A model generated the notes under the pieces. The model was not told where the DNA came from. It was given only the letters and a program-made list of their open reading frames with translations, and ran no database searches. From an uncultured Chloroflexia bacterium (GTDB lineage: Bacteria > Chloroflexota > Limnocylindria > Limnocylindrales > CSP1-4), in NCBI GenBank assembly GCA_963713285.1, contig CAVQLA010000009.1, positions 1,652 to 65,651 of the forward strand: DNA of 64,000 bases, read 5' to 3'. Below are positions 18,231-27,431 of this stretch, piece by piece. Within the stretch, counting starts at the first letter, position 1. Each line of letters begins with the position of its first letter. A program made the position numbers and the translations under genes.

Positions 18231-19232
18231 ATGCGCCGCCTCGCCCTCGTCGCCGTCATCGCCGTCGCTGCCGTCATCGGCGGCTGGCTCCTGCTGGGAG
18301 GAGGAGGCGGCGGCGCAACCGCGACCCCCGACCCTTCGCTCCCGCCGGTCCCACCCTCCACGGAGATCGTCGCCGACGGCCGCGTCGTGCCGGTGCGGTT
18401 CGTCGAGCTCGGCGTCGCCGTGCCCGGGACGATCGCCGAGGTGCTCGTCGCCGAGGGTGATGTCGTGGCCGCCGGCGACCCGCTCGTCCGGCTCGACGCG
18501 ACCGCGGCCCAGGCCGAGGTCGACGGGGCCACGGCGGCGGTGACGGCGGCCGAGGCGAACGCGGCGGCCGCCGCGGCGGGCGTGACGCAGGCCAACGCGG
18601 CCGTCGACGCGGCCGAGGCCGCCGTGGACCAGGCGCGGGCCGGCTGGGATGCCGCGCGCGCGGCACAGGACGGGCTCCCGTCCGGCGCCTCGAGCGCGCA
18701 GGAGCGCGCGGCCGAGGCCGAGGCGGCGGCCGCGCGCGCGGCGCTGACCGGCGCGCAGGCCAACCTGCGGGGCGCGCGGGCCGCCGCAACGGCCGCCGGC
18801 GAGGCCAGCGCGGCGGCCGCGGCCGACGTGGAGCGCGCCCGGGCCGGGCTGAGCATCGCGCAGGACGCGCTCGCGCAGCTCACGCTGGCCGCGCCCTTCG
18901 CCGGCACCGTGGCGTCGCTCGACGCGCGCGTCGGCGAGCGGGCGTCGCCCGGCGTCACGCTGGCGCGCGTCGCCGACACCACGGGCTGGCGGATCGAGAC
19001 CACCGACCTCGACGAGACGACGGTCGCACGGGTCGGGGTCGGCGCGGCCGCGAGGATCACGTTCGACGGCCTGCCCGGCACGACGGTCGACGGGACGGTC
19101 ACCTCGGTCGCCCTGTTCGGGGCCTCGGCGCAGGGTGACATCGTCTACCGGGCGATCGTGACCCCCGCGACCGCGCCCGACGGCCTGCGCTGGAACATGA
19201 CCGCCACGGTCACGGTCGAGGCCGGGGAGTAG
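18231..19232 (+). CDS. HlyD-family periplasmic adaptor / membrane fusion protein (MacA-like)
   Basis: aaggag RBS 5 nt upstream of ATG. N-terminal TM anchor, Ala-rich coiled coil, then C-terminal beta-barrel motif block LAAPFAGTVASLDARVGE...TVDGTVTSVAL. Confidence 0.85.
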   Translation: MRRLALVAVIAVAAVIGGWLLLGGGGGGATATPDPSLPPVPPSTEIVADGRVVPVRFVELGVAVPGTIAEVLVAEGDVVAAGDPLVRLDATAAQAEVDGATAAVTAAEANAAAAAAGVTQANAAVDAAEAAVDQARAGWDAARAAQDGLPSGASSAQERAAEAEAAAARAALTGAQANLRGARAAATAAGEASAAAAADVERARAGLSIAQDALAQLTLAAPFAGTVASLDARVGERASPGVTLARVADTTGWRIETTDLDETTVARVGVGAAARITFDGLPGTTVDGTVTSVALFGASAQGDIVYRAIVTPATAPDGLRWNMTATVTVEAGE

Positions 19233-19277
19233 CCGCCGTCCCACCCGGGCCCTGGGCTCCCCCGCGAGGCGCGGCGG

Positions 19278-20558
19278 TCAGGTGAGGTCGTGCACCACCC
19301 ACACGTTGGCGTCGTGGTAGATGACGCGGTCCGCCGCCCGGTCCACGAGCACCGGGTTGGTGGCGAACGGGACGACGTGCTCGCCGCTCTCCGGGAAGGT
19401 CATCCCGGTCCGCTCCTCCCACTCGGCAACGGTTCCGCACGTCACCATGCTGGCGGGCACGGCGCGAACAACGCGACCCCCGAGCCGGACGTGGACGCGG
19501 ATCCAGGGGTCGGACGGCAGCCCGTCCGGGCGCGTCCAGGCGGCGTACCGCTCGATCGGCACCAGGGGGTAGCGGTGCTTCTCGGTGGGTCGGACGCAGG
19601 CGACGAGCGCGCGGAGGCCGGCTGCCCGGGCGCGATCGCGGAACGTCTCGACCATCCGGCCCGCCAGGCGCTCGCCCTGGTGGTCGGGCGCGACGACGAT
19701 CTGGATCGCGCCCAGCGTGTTCGGCCGGATCCCGGCCCGCAGCCCGTCCACCGTCCGCTCGAACTGGTCGTCCCAGCCGACCGGCAGTCCCTCGTCGGTC
19801 CCGTCCCACGCCAGCGGAGCGCTGTTGCCGGCGGCGGTGATCTGGCCCTCCGGGTCGAGCAGCATGAGCTGCCAGGCGGCGAAGTCCTCCTCCAGGTGGT
19901 GCCAGAGCCGCCCGGCGACGGGGAAGTGGAGCATGAACTCCGGCCATGCCGCGCCGTTGTGGTCGTCCAGCGCGTCGCGCAGGTCCGGGCGCTCCGCCAG
20001 GGTGACGAGGCGCAGGCCGGCGCCCGCGCCGGTCACCGCGCGCTGATGACGCAGGTGCCCGGCGATCAGGTCGTGCCAGCCGCGGCGCCGGCTGTCGACC
20101 AGGATCCAGACGAAGCCGAGGTAGAACACGGCGGCGGAGACCCACCAGCCGACGAGCCGGAGCAGGGCGGCTCCCCACCCGATCCGGCTCCCGTCGCGAT
20201 CGTTGACGACGCGGATCCCGGCGGCCTTCATGCCCGGCGTCGCACCGCCGCGCGCCCAGAAGAACGGGAAGTAGAGCAACCCCAGGATCGAGATCAGCAG
20301 GGAGCCGGCGAAGAGGAGGAGGATCGAGCCGGCCGCGGCCGCGGTGTCGCCGAACACGATGTCGCCGGTCGCGTCGACCGGTAACTCGAGCGAGCCGAAG
20401 AGGACGAGCGTGAGGACGGCGATGAACGCCGTGACGAAGACGGTCAGGAGGATCGCGTCGAGGATGTAGGCGCCGAGGCGGGCGCCGTGGCCGGCGAACT
20501 GGACGCCGGGGGCCGGGCCCGACGGACGCCGCGGGCGTCAGCCAGGACGGGGGCGGGC
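19278..20558 (-). CDS. RDD-family membrane domain fused to a C-terminal GNAT-like acetyltransferase domain; apparent frameshift near the N-terminus
   Basis: ORF 19278-20357 carries the second half of an RDD domain (FPFFWARGGATPGMKAAGIRVV...RRRGWHDLIAG) plus a GNAT-like block (GAIQIVVAPDHQGERLAGRMVETFRDRARAAGLRALVACV). The first RDD half (GARLGAYILDAILLTVFVTAFIAV) continues in frame upstream without a start. An RBS-supported ATG at 20556-20558 (ggagaggagcccgATG) is in the +1 frame, consistent with a 1-nt indel in a ccccc run. Confidence 0.55.
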
Positions 20559-20603
20559 GCGGTCATCGGGCTCCTCTCCGGTGGTTGCTGGACAGGGTGG
20601 GCG

Positions 20604-21251
20604 TCAGGCGGGCTGGACCATGACGGTCCCGGCGAGCAGGTCGTGCCAGCCGCGACGACGCTTGTCGACGAGGATCCAGATGAAGCCCAGGTAGAAGACC
20701 AGGCTGGAGACCCAGAACCCGATCAGGCGCAGGAGGGCGGCGCCCCAGCCGAGCGGACCCCCGTCGACGTCGCGCACGACCCGCAGGTTGAAGATCCGCA
20801 TCCCCGGGGTCGCCCCGCCGTGCACCCAGAACCACGGGAAGTAGCCCAGGCTCACCGCGAAGATCGCGACCAGCAGGACGATGGCGCTCATCACGGCGAG
20901 GGGACCGGCGTCCGCGGCGGCGAGCCCCGCCGTGAGGAGCGACAGCGCGATCGCGACGGCCGTCACGAGCACGCCGACGAGGATCGCGTCGACGATGTAG
21001 GCGACCAGGCGCGCGCCGTGGGAGGCGAACTGGACGCCGGGCGCAGGGCCGATCGGCTCGATCGGACCAGGCCACGCCTGGGCCGGATAGCCCGGTGGCG
21101 GCGGAGGTGCGGGCGGCTGGACGGCAGGCGGGTACGCGGGCGGCGGCGGATAGGCCGGCGGCTGGGTGGGCGGGACGCCCTGGGTGACGTCGTCGGGGCG
21201 GTTCGGCTGATCCATCACGGGCTCCCTCGCTCGGACACCGCGCCGCGGCAT
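20604..21251 (-). CDS. RDD family protein with Pro-rich N-terminal region
   Basis: N-terminal PPTQPPAYPPPPAYPP... followed by a complete RDD domain (ARLVAYIVDAILVGVL...GATPGMRIFNLRVV...RRRGWHDLLAGTVMV). Confidence 0.8.
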   Translation of the reverse strand: MPRRGVRAREPVMDQPNRPDDVTQGVPPTQPPAYPPPPAYPPAVQPPAPPPPPGYPAQAWPGPIEPIGPAPGVQFASHGARLVAYIVDAILVGVLVTAVAIALSLLTAGLAAADAGPLAVMSAIVLLVAIFAVSLGYFPWFWVHGGATPGMRIFNLRVVRDVDGGPLGWGAALLRLIGFWVSSLVFYLGFIWILVDKRRRGWHDLLAGTVMVQPA

Positions 21252-21438
21252 CGCCCCTCGATCCTATCGGCTCGCGGCGCGCGCGTCGACGGTCCCTTCT
21301 GCCCGACCTGCGGGCCGACCGGCCCGGCCTGCGCGTCCGACGACGCCCCTATCCGCGGGCCGCCCGCGGCGCGGGCGCTTCGGCACTGGCCGTCGCGATC
21401 GCGCTGCGGCAGGATGCGGGCACAACGGAGATCGAACG

Positions 21439-21600
21439 ATGCGACGGCTGCTCGCGGCTATTGGGCGGTTCCTCGACGGGCTGTTCCCGCGGCCGGCGGA
21501 TGAGAGCGACTTCCCGGCGACCGAGGACGAGGCCGCCGAGCGACTGCGGCAGATGCGCCGGCGACGCCTCGAGAAGCGGGGCCACGGCGGGAACGGCTGA
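21439..21600 (+). CDS. hypothetical small protein, 53 aa (not in the supplied ORF track)
   Basis: ATG preceded by ggag. MRRLLAAIGRFLDGLFPRPADESDFPATEDEAAERLRQMRRRRLEKRGHGGNG. No homology recognised. Confidence 0.2.
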   Translation: MRRLLAAIGRFLDGLFPRPADESDFPATEDEAAERLRQMRRRRLEKRGHGGNG

Positions 21601-21611
21601 GGGACCTGCGC

Positions 21612-22928
21612 TCAGCGCGGCCGGATGACGTCGGTGCCGAGGGTGCCGCGGAGCGGCTCCGGGACGAGGACGCTCCCGTCGGGCTGCTGGTACGTCTCCA
21701 GGATCGCCGCCACGACGCGTGCCAGCGCCAGCCCGGAGCCGTTGAGCGTGTGGACGAGCTCCGGCTTGGCCCCCGCGGCCGGCCGGTAGCGGATCGCCAT
21801 CCGGCGGGCCTGGTAGTCCCGGAAGTTCGAGCAGGAGGAGACCTCCAGCCAGCGCTCCACGCCCGGCGCCCACACCTCGAGGTCGTACTTCTTGGCCTGC
21901 ACGAAGCCCAAGTCACGGGTCGCCATGAGCAGCACCCGGTAGGCGAGCCCGAGGCGCCGGAGGAGATCCTCGGCCCGGCCGGTCATCCACTCGAGCGCCT
22001 CGCTCGAGGTCTCCGGCCGCTCGAAGAGGACCATCTCGACCTTGTCGAACTGGTGGACGCGCAGGATCCCGCGGGTGTCCTTGCCGGCGGCGCCGGCCTC
22101 CCGGCGGAAGCACGGGGTGTAGGCCGCATAGCGCACCGGCAGCACGTCCGCCTCGAAGATCTCGTCGCGGTGCAGGTTCGTGACGGGGACCTCGGCCGTC
22201 GGGACCAGGTACAGCTCGTCGCGCGTGACGACGTACATCTGGTCTTCCTTGTCCGGGATCTGCCCGGTCCCCCGCGCCGACGCGGTGTTGACGACGACCG
22301 GGGGCCAGATCTCGGTGAAGCCGTTCTCCCGGACGTGGACGCCGAGGAAGAAGTCGATGAGGGCCCGCTGGAGGGCCGCGCCGGCGCCCTTGTAGACGGG
22401 GAAGCCCGAGCCGGTGATCTTCGCGCCTCGCTCGAGGTCGATGATGTCGAGCGCCTCGGCGATCTCCCAGTGGGGCCGTCGCACCCAGGAGCCGTCCGGC
22501 CCGTCGGCGGCCTCGTTCGGCAGGAGGGTGCCCCACGTCCGGACCGTCACGTTCGCGTCGGCGTCGCCGACCGGGACGTCGGGGTCGGCGGGATTGGGGA
22601 TCCGGAGGAGGAGGTCGTCGAGCTTGGCCTCGACCTCGGCGGCCACCGCGTCCAGCACCGCGATCCGTTCGCCGGCCGCCACGGACGCGGCCTTCAGCGC
22701 GGCGACCTCAGGGCCGCCGGGCGCGGCGCCGCCCCGGATCGCCTCGCCGACCTCCTTCGAGACGGCGTTCCGCTGCGCCTTGAGGGCGTCGGCCTCGCCG
22801 AGGACCTGCCGGCGGCGGGCGTCGAGCTCCAGGGCGACGTCGACGAGCGAGGCGTCCTCGCCCTTGTCGAGCGCGCCCCGGCGGATGACGTCCGGCTCCT
22901 CGCGGAGCCGCTGCAGCCCGACGCTCAT
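21612..22928 (-). CDS. serS: seryl-tRNA synthetase
   Basis: Class II motifs and SerRS-specific blocks (FRREAGAAGKDTRGILRVHQFDKVE, GSGLALARVVAAILE). Full-length, 438 aa. Confidence 0.95.
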   Translation of the reverse strand: MSVGLQRLREEPDVIRRGALDKGEDASLVDVALELDARRRQVLGEADALKAQRNAVSKEVGEAIRGGAAPGGPEVAALKAASVAAGERIAVLDAVAAEVEAKLDDLLLRIPNPADPDVPVGDADANVTVRTWGTLLPNEAADGPDGSWVRRPHWEIAEALDIIDLERGAKITGSGFPVYKGAGAALQRALIDFFLGVHVRENGFTEIWPPVVVNTASARGTGQIPDKEDQMYVVTRDELYLVPTAEVPVTNLHRDEIFEADVLPVRYAAYTPCFRREAGAAGKDTRGILRVHQFDKVEMVLFERPETSSEALEWMTGRAEDLLRRLGLAYRVLLMATRDLGFVQAKKYDLEVWAPGVERWLEVSSCSNFRDYQARRMAIRYRPAAGAKPELVHTLNGSGLALARVVAAILETYQQPDGSVLVPEPLRGTLGTDVIRPR

Positions 22929-24559
22929 GCCCCGGCCTCCTCGACGCTCGCGGCGACCTCGCCCGCGTGATCATGCCAGCCGGCGGCAGCGCGCAGGCGG
23001 TCGACCACGAAGGCGACGTCCAGGCTCGCGAGCAGCCAGCCGGCACGCGGCCCGTTCGTCCGCCCGAGGAAGGCGAGGTAGACGGCCCCGAAGGCGCGGC
23101 CCGGCGGGAGGCCCGCCTCGCCGGCGACCCGGAAGAGGAGGTCCTGCCACGCGTCGCCGCCCTGGGGGCGTTCCTTCAAGGCGGCGAGGGCGAGCCCGCC
23201 CAGGAAGACCCGCTGGTCCTCGCCGAGGGCCGTCACGGCCGGTGGGAGGCCCTCGCGGTGGACCTGGACGATGGCACTCTCCGGCGCGTAGGCCGCCAGC
23301 CACGCCCGCGCGGCCGCCAGGCGCTCGGCGAGGGTCAGCTCCTCGGTCGGCGTGAGCGGGGCGCCCTTCTCCTCGGCGACCCGCGCGGCGATGTCGACGC
23401 CGGGGATCTGGGCCAGCAGCGCGAGGTGGGCGAACGCCGGGCGGTAGGCGGCCGCGGCCTCGGCCGGGACGGCCCCGCGGAGGAGGACGTAGCCGAAGAG
23501 CCGATCGGCGTCGGGCGGCAGCTCCCCGCGGAACGGGCGCCCGGCGACGGCGGCCGCGAGGCGGTCCAGCTCGTCGAAGAGGCGCGGGATGGCATCCGTT
23601 CCCTCGGGGTCGAACTCGATCGCCTGGTTCGGGCGCGGGCGCAGGAAGAGGAGGCGAAGCTGCTCGGGCGGGACGATCTCGACGATCTGGTGGGCGGCAG
23701 CGCCGCGTCCCTTGGAGGTCGACATCTTGCGCCCGCCGATGTTGAGGAACTCGTAGGGCAGGTTGAGGGGCGGCTCCCGGTCGAAGACCTCGCGAGCGAT
23801 GGCGTCGGAACGATCGCGGGAGCCGCCGGCGGTGGCGAGGTCCTTGCCGCACGGCTCGATCGTGACCCCGAAGTGGCCCCACTGGGCCGCCCACTCGAGG
23901 TTCCAGTAGAGCTTCGCGTTCCCGCCGAACGGGGAGACCCGGCCCGTGAAGCCGCAGCCGCGGGCCCATGTCACGTAGTCGGGGCGGCACTCGACCTGCA
24001 CGGTGGCGCCGTCCCAGTCGAGCGCGATCGTCGTGCCCACCTTGCCGCAGGCGGGGCAGACGGCCTGGACCGGCAGCCAGCCCGCAGGGCGCTCCACCTT
24101 CGCGACGCGGCGATAGACGTCACGCACGACCTGGGCCCGGTCGAGGGCCGTCCGGATGAAGCCGTCCAGGGCGCCCGTCGGGTAGATGTCGCTCATCCAG
24201 TAGTAGCGGTCGGGGAGGATCCCCAGGCCGGCGAACAGGTCGACGAAGGTCTGGGCGTGGTGGCGGGCATAGGACGCGTGACAGGCGCCGGCCTGATCGG
24301 GGACGTGGGCCAGCGGCCGGCCCATCTCGTGGTCGACGGCGTCGGGGGTCAGGAGCGCCTGGGCGTCCATCGGATCCATGTCGTCGACGCCGTACAGGAG
24401 CGTCGTCGGGAGGCCGCGGCCGCGCAGGGCGCGGGTGATCACGTCCAGGATCACCGGGCCGCGCAGGCTGCCGACGTGGACGGTGCCGGACGGCGTCTTC
24501 GAGTCGTTGACGACCTGCGGTCCCTCGACCGACGCCGCCAGCTCGTCCGCCCAGTACAT
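22925..24559 (-). CDS. lysK: class I lysyl-tRNA synthetase (archaeal-type LysRS)
   Basis: HVGSLRG (HIGH-like) and KMSTSKG (KMSKS) motifs. Overall class I LysRS architecture, 544 aa. 4-nt overlap (ATGA) with the serS start. Confidence 0.85.
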   Translation of the reverse strand: MYWADELAASVEGPQVVNDSKTPSGTVHVGSLRGPVILDVITRALRGRGLPTTLLYGVDDMDPMDAQALLTPDAVDHEMGRPLAHVPDQAGACHASYARHHAQTFVDLFAGLGILPDRYYWMSDIYPTGALDGFIRTALDRAQVVRDVYRRVAKVERPAGWLPVQAVCPACGKVGTTIALDWDGATVQVECRPDYVTWARGCGFTGRVSPFGGNAKLYWNLEWAAQWGHFGVTIEPCGKDLATAGGSRDRSDAIAREVFDREPPLNLPYEFLNIGGRKMSTSKGRGAAAHQIVEIVPPEQLRLLFLRPRPNQAIEFDPEGTDAIPRLFDELDRLAAAVAGRPFRGELPPDADRLFGYVLLRGAVPAEAAAAYRPAFAHLALLAQIPGVDIAARVAEEKGAPLTPTEELTLAERLAAARAWLAAYAPESAIVQVHREGLPPAVTALGEDQRVFLGGLALAALKERPQGGDAWQDLLFRVAGEAGLPPGRAFGAVYLAFLGRTNGPRAGWLLASLDVAFVVDRLRAAAGWHDHAGEVAASVEEAGA

Positions 24560-24634
24560 GCCTGCGTCCTCCGCTCGGGGGCGCCGGGCGGGGCCGCGGC
24601 GCCGGCCGCCCGCCCCGGTCCGTCCGGGCGAGCG

Positions 24635-25099
24635 CTAGCTGATCGACTTGATCGTGTAGGTGTAGTCCGTCCCGTTGGGGAGCTTGACGACGACCGTCTC
24701 GCCGGGCTTCTTGCCCAGGAGGGCGCGGCCGACGGGCGACTCGTTGGAGATCTTGGCGTCGGCGGGACGGGCCTCGGCCGAGCCGACGATCGTGAAGGTC
24801 TCCTCGCCGTCGAGGGACTCGACCGTGACGACCGAGCCGAGCGCCACGTGCTCGGTGCCGCTGTTCTCGATGATCACGGCGGTCTTGAGCATCCCCTCGA
24901 GAGTCTGGATCCGGCCCTCGACGAACGCCTGCTCGTTCTTGGCCTCCTCGTACTCGGCGTTCTCCGAGAGGTCGCCGTGCTCCTTCGCGTCGTGGATGCG
25001 CGCGGCGACCTCGGTCCGGCGGACGTTGACCAGCTGCTCGAGCTCCGCCCGAAGCGCAGCCTCGCCTTCGCGCGAGAGGTAGGTGGGCTTGTTGTTCAC
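24635..25099 (-). CDS. greA: transcription elongation factor GreA
   Basis: ...YLSREGEAALRAELEQL...EHGDLSENAEYEEAK...VVVKLPNGTDYTYTI. GTG start chosen to give a canonical ~154-aa GreA. Confidence 0.9.
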   Translation of the reverse strand: MNNKPTYLSREGEAALRAELEQLVNVRRTEVAARIHDAKEHGDLSENAEYEEAKNEQAFVEGRIQTLEGMLKTAVIIENSGTEHVALGSVVTVESLDGEETFTIVGSAEARPADAKISNESPVGRALLGKKPGETVVVKLPNGTDYTYTIKSIS

Positions 25100-25289
25100 G
25101 AAGGAGCGAACCCCCGTCGAAGGTGCCGTCCGGAGAGCGTCGGCGACGCGGCGGCGCGGCGGTGAGGTGGCGGATAACGAAACGAACCCCGGGCGCTCCG
25201 CCCCTCGTGAGCGGCACCCGAAGTCCGGCCGGCGCGGATCATAGCCCCGCCCCTCGGGGAGTGTCAAAGACGGGCTGCGGCGCCCGGCT

Positions 25290-25904
25290 TCAGCGGGACG
25301 TGCCGCGGGCGCGAGCCGTCAGGAAACGCCCGTCGGCCGAGGCGACCAGGCAGGCTGCCACACGCGTTCCCCGTTCCCACGTCCGCTCGTCCGGAATCAC
25401 CGCGAATCCGACGTACGCCGAGCTCGCCGTACCGGCCGGCAGCCCGAGGTATGCGGCCAGGCCTCCGGCGCAGGCCTCATCCGCGACGGCTGCCAGCACG
25501 ACCGGGTCGTAGGCCGGCGGCGCCGCCGGCGCCGGGTCGACCGCGTCGTGGTCGTCGAGGTCGACGACGCCGCTGACCTCGTGGCTGTGGGAGAGATCGC
25601 AGCTGGCTTCCTCGGCTCCGCCGGACAGGATCGCCTGGCGCACGGAGGCCGGGGCGCCGGGGCCGGCATCCAGCGGCGAGATGGCGGAGGCGGTCCGCAC
25701 GAAGAGGCAGTCGCCCACGCGGAGGTCGTCAAGGCCGACGACACTGGGCGTGAGCACGCGGTACAGGACCGCGAGCCCGACGACGATGGCGATCGCCGCG
25801 GTCCCGTTCCGGTGGGCCGGGAACCAGCCGACGAAGTCCTCCGCCTGCTGCCGGAGCGTCGCCTTCGGATAGTGGTCCAATTCGCGCGGCTCGGGCTCCC
25901 ACAT
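25290..25904 (-). CDS. hypothetical membrane-anchored protein, possibly septum-formation family (PF13845-like Cys/His motifs)
   Basis: Single TM (TAAIAIVVGLAVLYRVL), then VGDCLF...ASCDLSHSHEV...ACLVASADG, resembling actinobacterial septum-formation domain proteins. Start set at an internal Met. Confidence 0.4.
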   Translation of the reverse strand: MWEPEPRELDHYPKATLRQQAEDFVGWFPAHRNGTAAIAIVVGLAVLYRVLTPSVVGLDDLRVGDCLFVRTASAISPLDAGPGAPASVRQAILSGGAEEASCDLSHSHEVSGVVDLDDHDAVDPAPAAPPAYDPVVLAAVADEACAGGLAAYLGLPAGTASSAYVGFAVIPDERTWERGTRVAACLVASADGRFLTARARGTSR

Positions 25905-25935
25905 GTCCCCGATGTACGCCGGGCCGGGGCCCTCG

Positions 25936-27424
25936 TCAAGAGCCGCTCCGCTCCCCGTACCCGACGAAGCGACCTCCCGCGTCGCGAACGACCGCCCGCA
26001 CGCCCCGCACGGCATCCCGGCGCAGCGGCCCGTAGACGTGGGGATAGGGGCTCCCCGGCTCGTCGTAGCGCCACCGGGCGCCGACGAGGGCGAGGTCGAG
26101 GTCCAGCACGAGGAATGCCCCCGGGTCGGCGACGTAGAAGCGGTTCGCCACGGCGAGCATCTCCGCGTCGCCGTCCGTGCAGTGGACGAAGCCGTCGGCC
26201 TCGAAGGCTGGGGGCGTGTACCGGGCGGCCGGGCCCGGGTCGGCCCGCCACGCGTCCCAGCGCGCGGCCGGGACCAGGTGGAGGGTCACGTGCCCGCCGG
26301 CATCGCCCGGCAGATCGCGGAAGAGGAGCCGCCGGGCGTTGCCCGCGTAGACGAGGCGCAGCACCTCCTCGGGGAGCCCCAGGCCGTGGATGCGCCATCG
26401 ACCCTGCGAGCCCGGGGGCGGGACGGCAGGGTCGTCGCCGTCGTCCGGCGGCTCGTACGCGAACGACTCGTCACGCGTCTCGAGGAACCGGGCGTAGGTC
26501 GCCCACCAGGCCGCGTCGGGCGGGGCGTCCGTCCCGAAGAGGATCCGGTCGGCGAACCGGGCCACGAGCTCGCGCGCCGAGTACGGCTGGCGCCCGAGCT
26601 CGGCGATCCGCGCCGCCAGGTCCACGTGCCAGTTGGGGTACGCGGCCAGCATCGTCGCGACGCGCCCCAGGTCCTCCGGCGCGCAGCCGACATGGGCGCC
26701 GACGAACGTCGTTCGCGGGTGGCGGGCGACGAGCGGCCTCCAGGCCGTCGATCAGCTCGTCGAAGGGCGGGAAGCCGGGGAGATCCGGGCGGCCCGCCGG
26801 CCGGGTCGGCCAGAAGTGCCAGTCGGGATGCTCGAGCAGCTCCTCGTACCGCTCGTTCGCGGCATCGAGCGGGTCGAAGAAGGCGATCGGGTCGGCGACG
26901 TGGATCGTCACCGGCACGCCCAGCTCGCCGGCGGCCGCCCACAGCGGGTCCAGCCGGGCGTCGTCGACCGCGACGAGCCGGCCGGAGGCGTCGCGCGCCG
27001 TCAGCCCGAGGGTCTTCCAGGCCTTCAGCCCGCGGGCACCGGCGGCGACGCCGGCGCGCAGGCGCCGGGCCTCCTCGTCGCCGAAGTCCGCGCGCTCTGC
27101 CCACATCGGGTAGTCGAGCCCGGCGTAGACGGCGACGCGGCCGCCCAGCGCCTCCCAGCGCTCCAGCTCGCCCCGGAGCGGGTCGCCCTGGCCCCCGTCG
27201 AGGTCGACGATCGCGGCGATCCCGGAGCGGTCGAGGGCCTCCGCCAGCTCCGCCGCGGTCGCGTCCGCCCAGCGGCCCGAGAACGGCGTCGGGCCGAGGT
27301 GGTTGTGGGCGTCGATCGCGGCCAGCGACGGCCGGTCGATCGGCGTGGCCGCGACGCGCAGTCGCTGCCGCGGGCGGAACGCGCCCAGCGCGAGGTCGCC
27401 GCGCGATCGGCGGGACGGCGACAT
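25936..27424 (-). CDS. amidohydrolase-2 family (TIM-barrel metal-dependent hydrolase) fused to a C-terminal DUF952 domain; apparent frameshift at ~26700
   Basis: N-terminal part (26680-27424) contains IDAHNHLG. The +1 frame continues with ARHPRTTFVGAHVGCAPEDLGRVATMLAAYPNWHVDLA...RILFGTDAPP and the DUF952-like C-terminus GFVHCTDGDAEMLAVANRFY...PYPHVYGPL. Frames join with a 1-nt indel near gccgctcgtcgcccgcc. Confidence 0.6.
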
Positions 27425-27431
27425 GGCTCCC

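Noticed and set aside
21252-21611. Possible T-box or leader upstream of serS
   Set aside because: No recognisable T-box specifier or antiterminator sequence (AGGGUGGNACCGCG-like). The region contains only a weak small ORF, which is listed with low confidence.
22967-25165. 732-aa plus-strand ORF across lysK/greA
   Set aside because: Antisense to two well-supported genes. Composition is noise-like.
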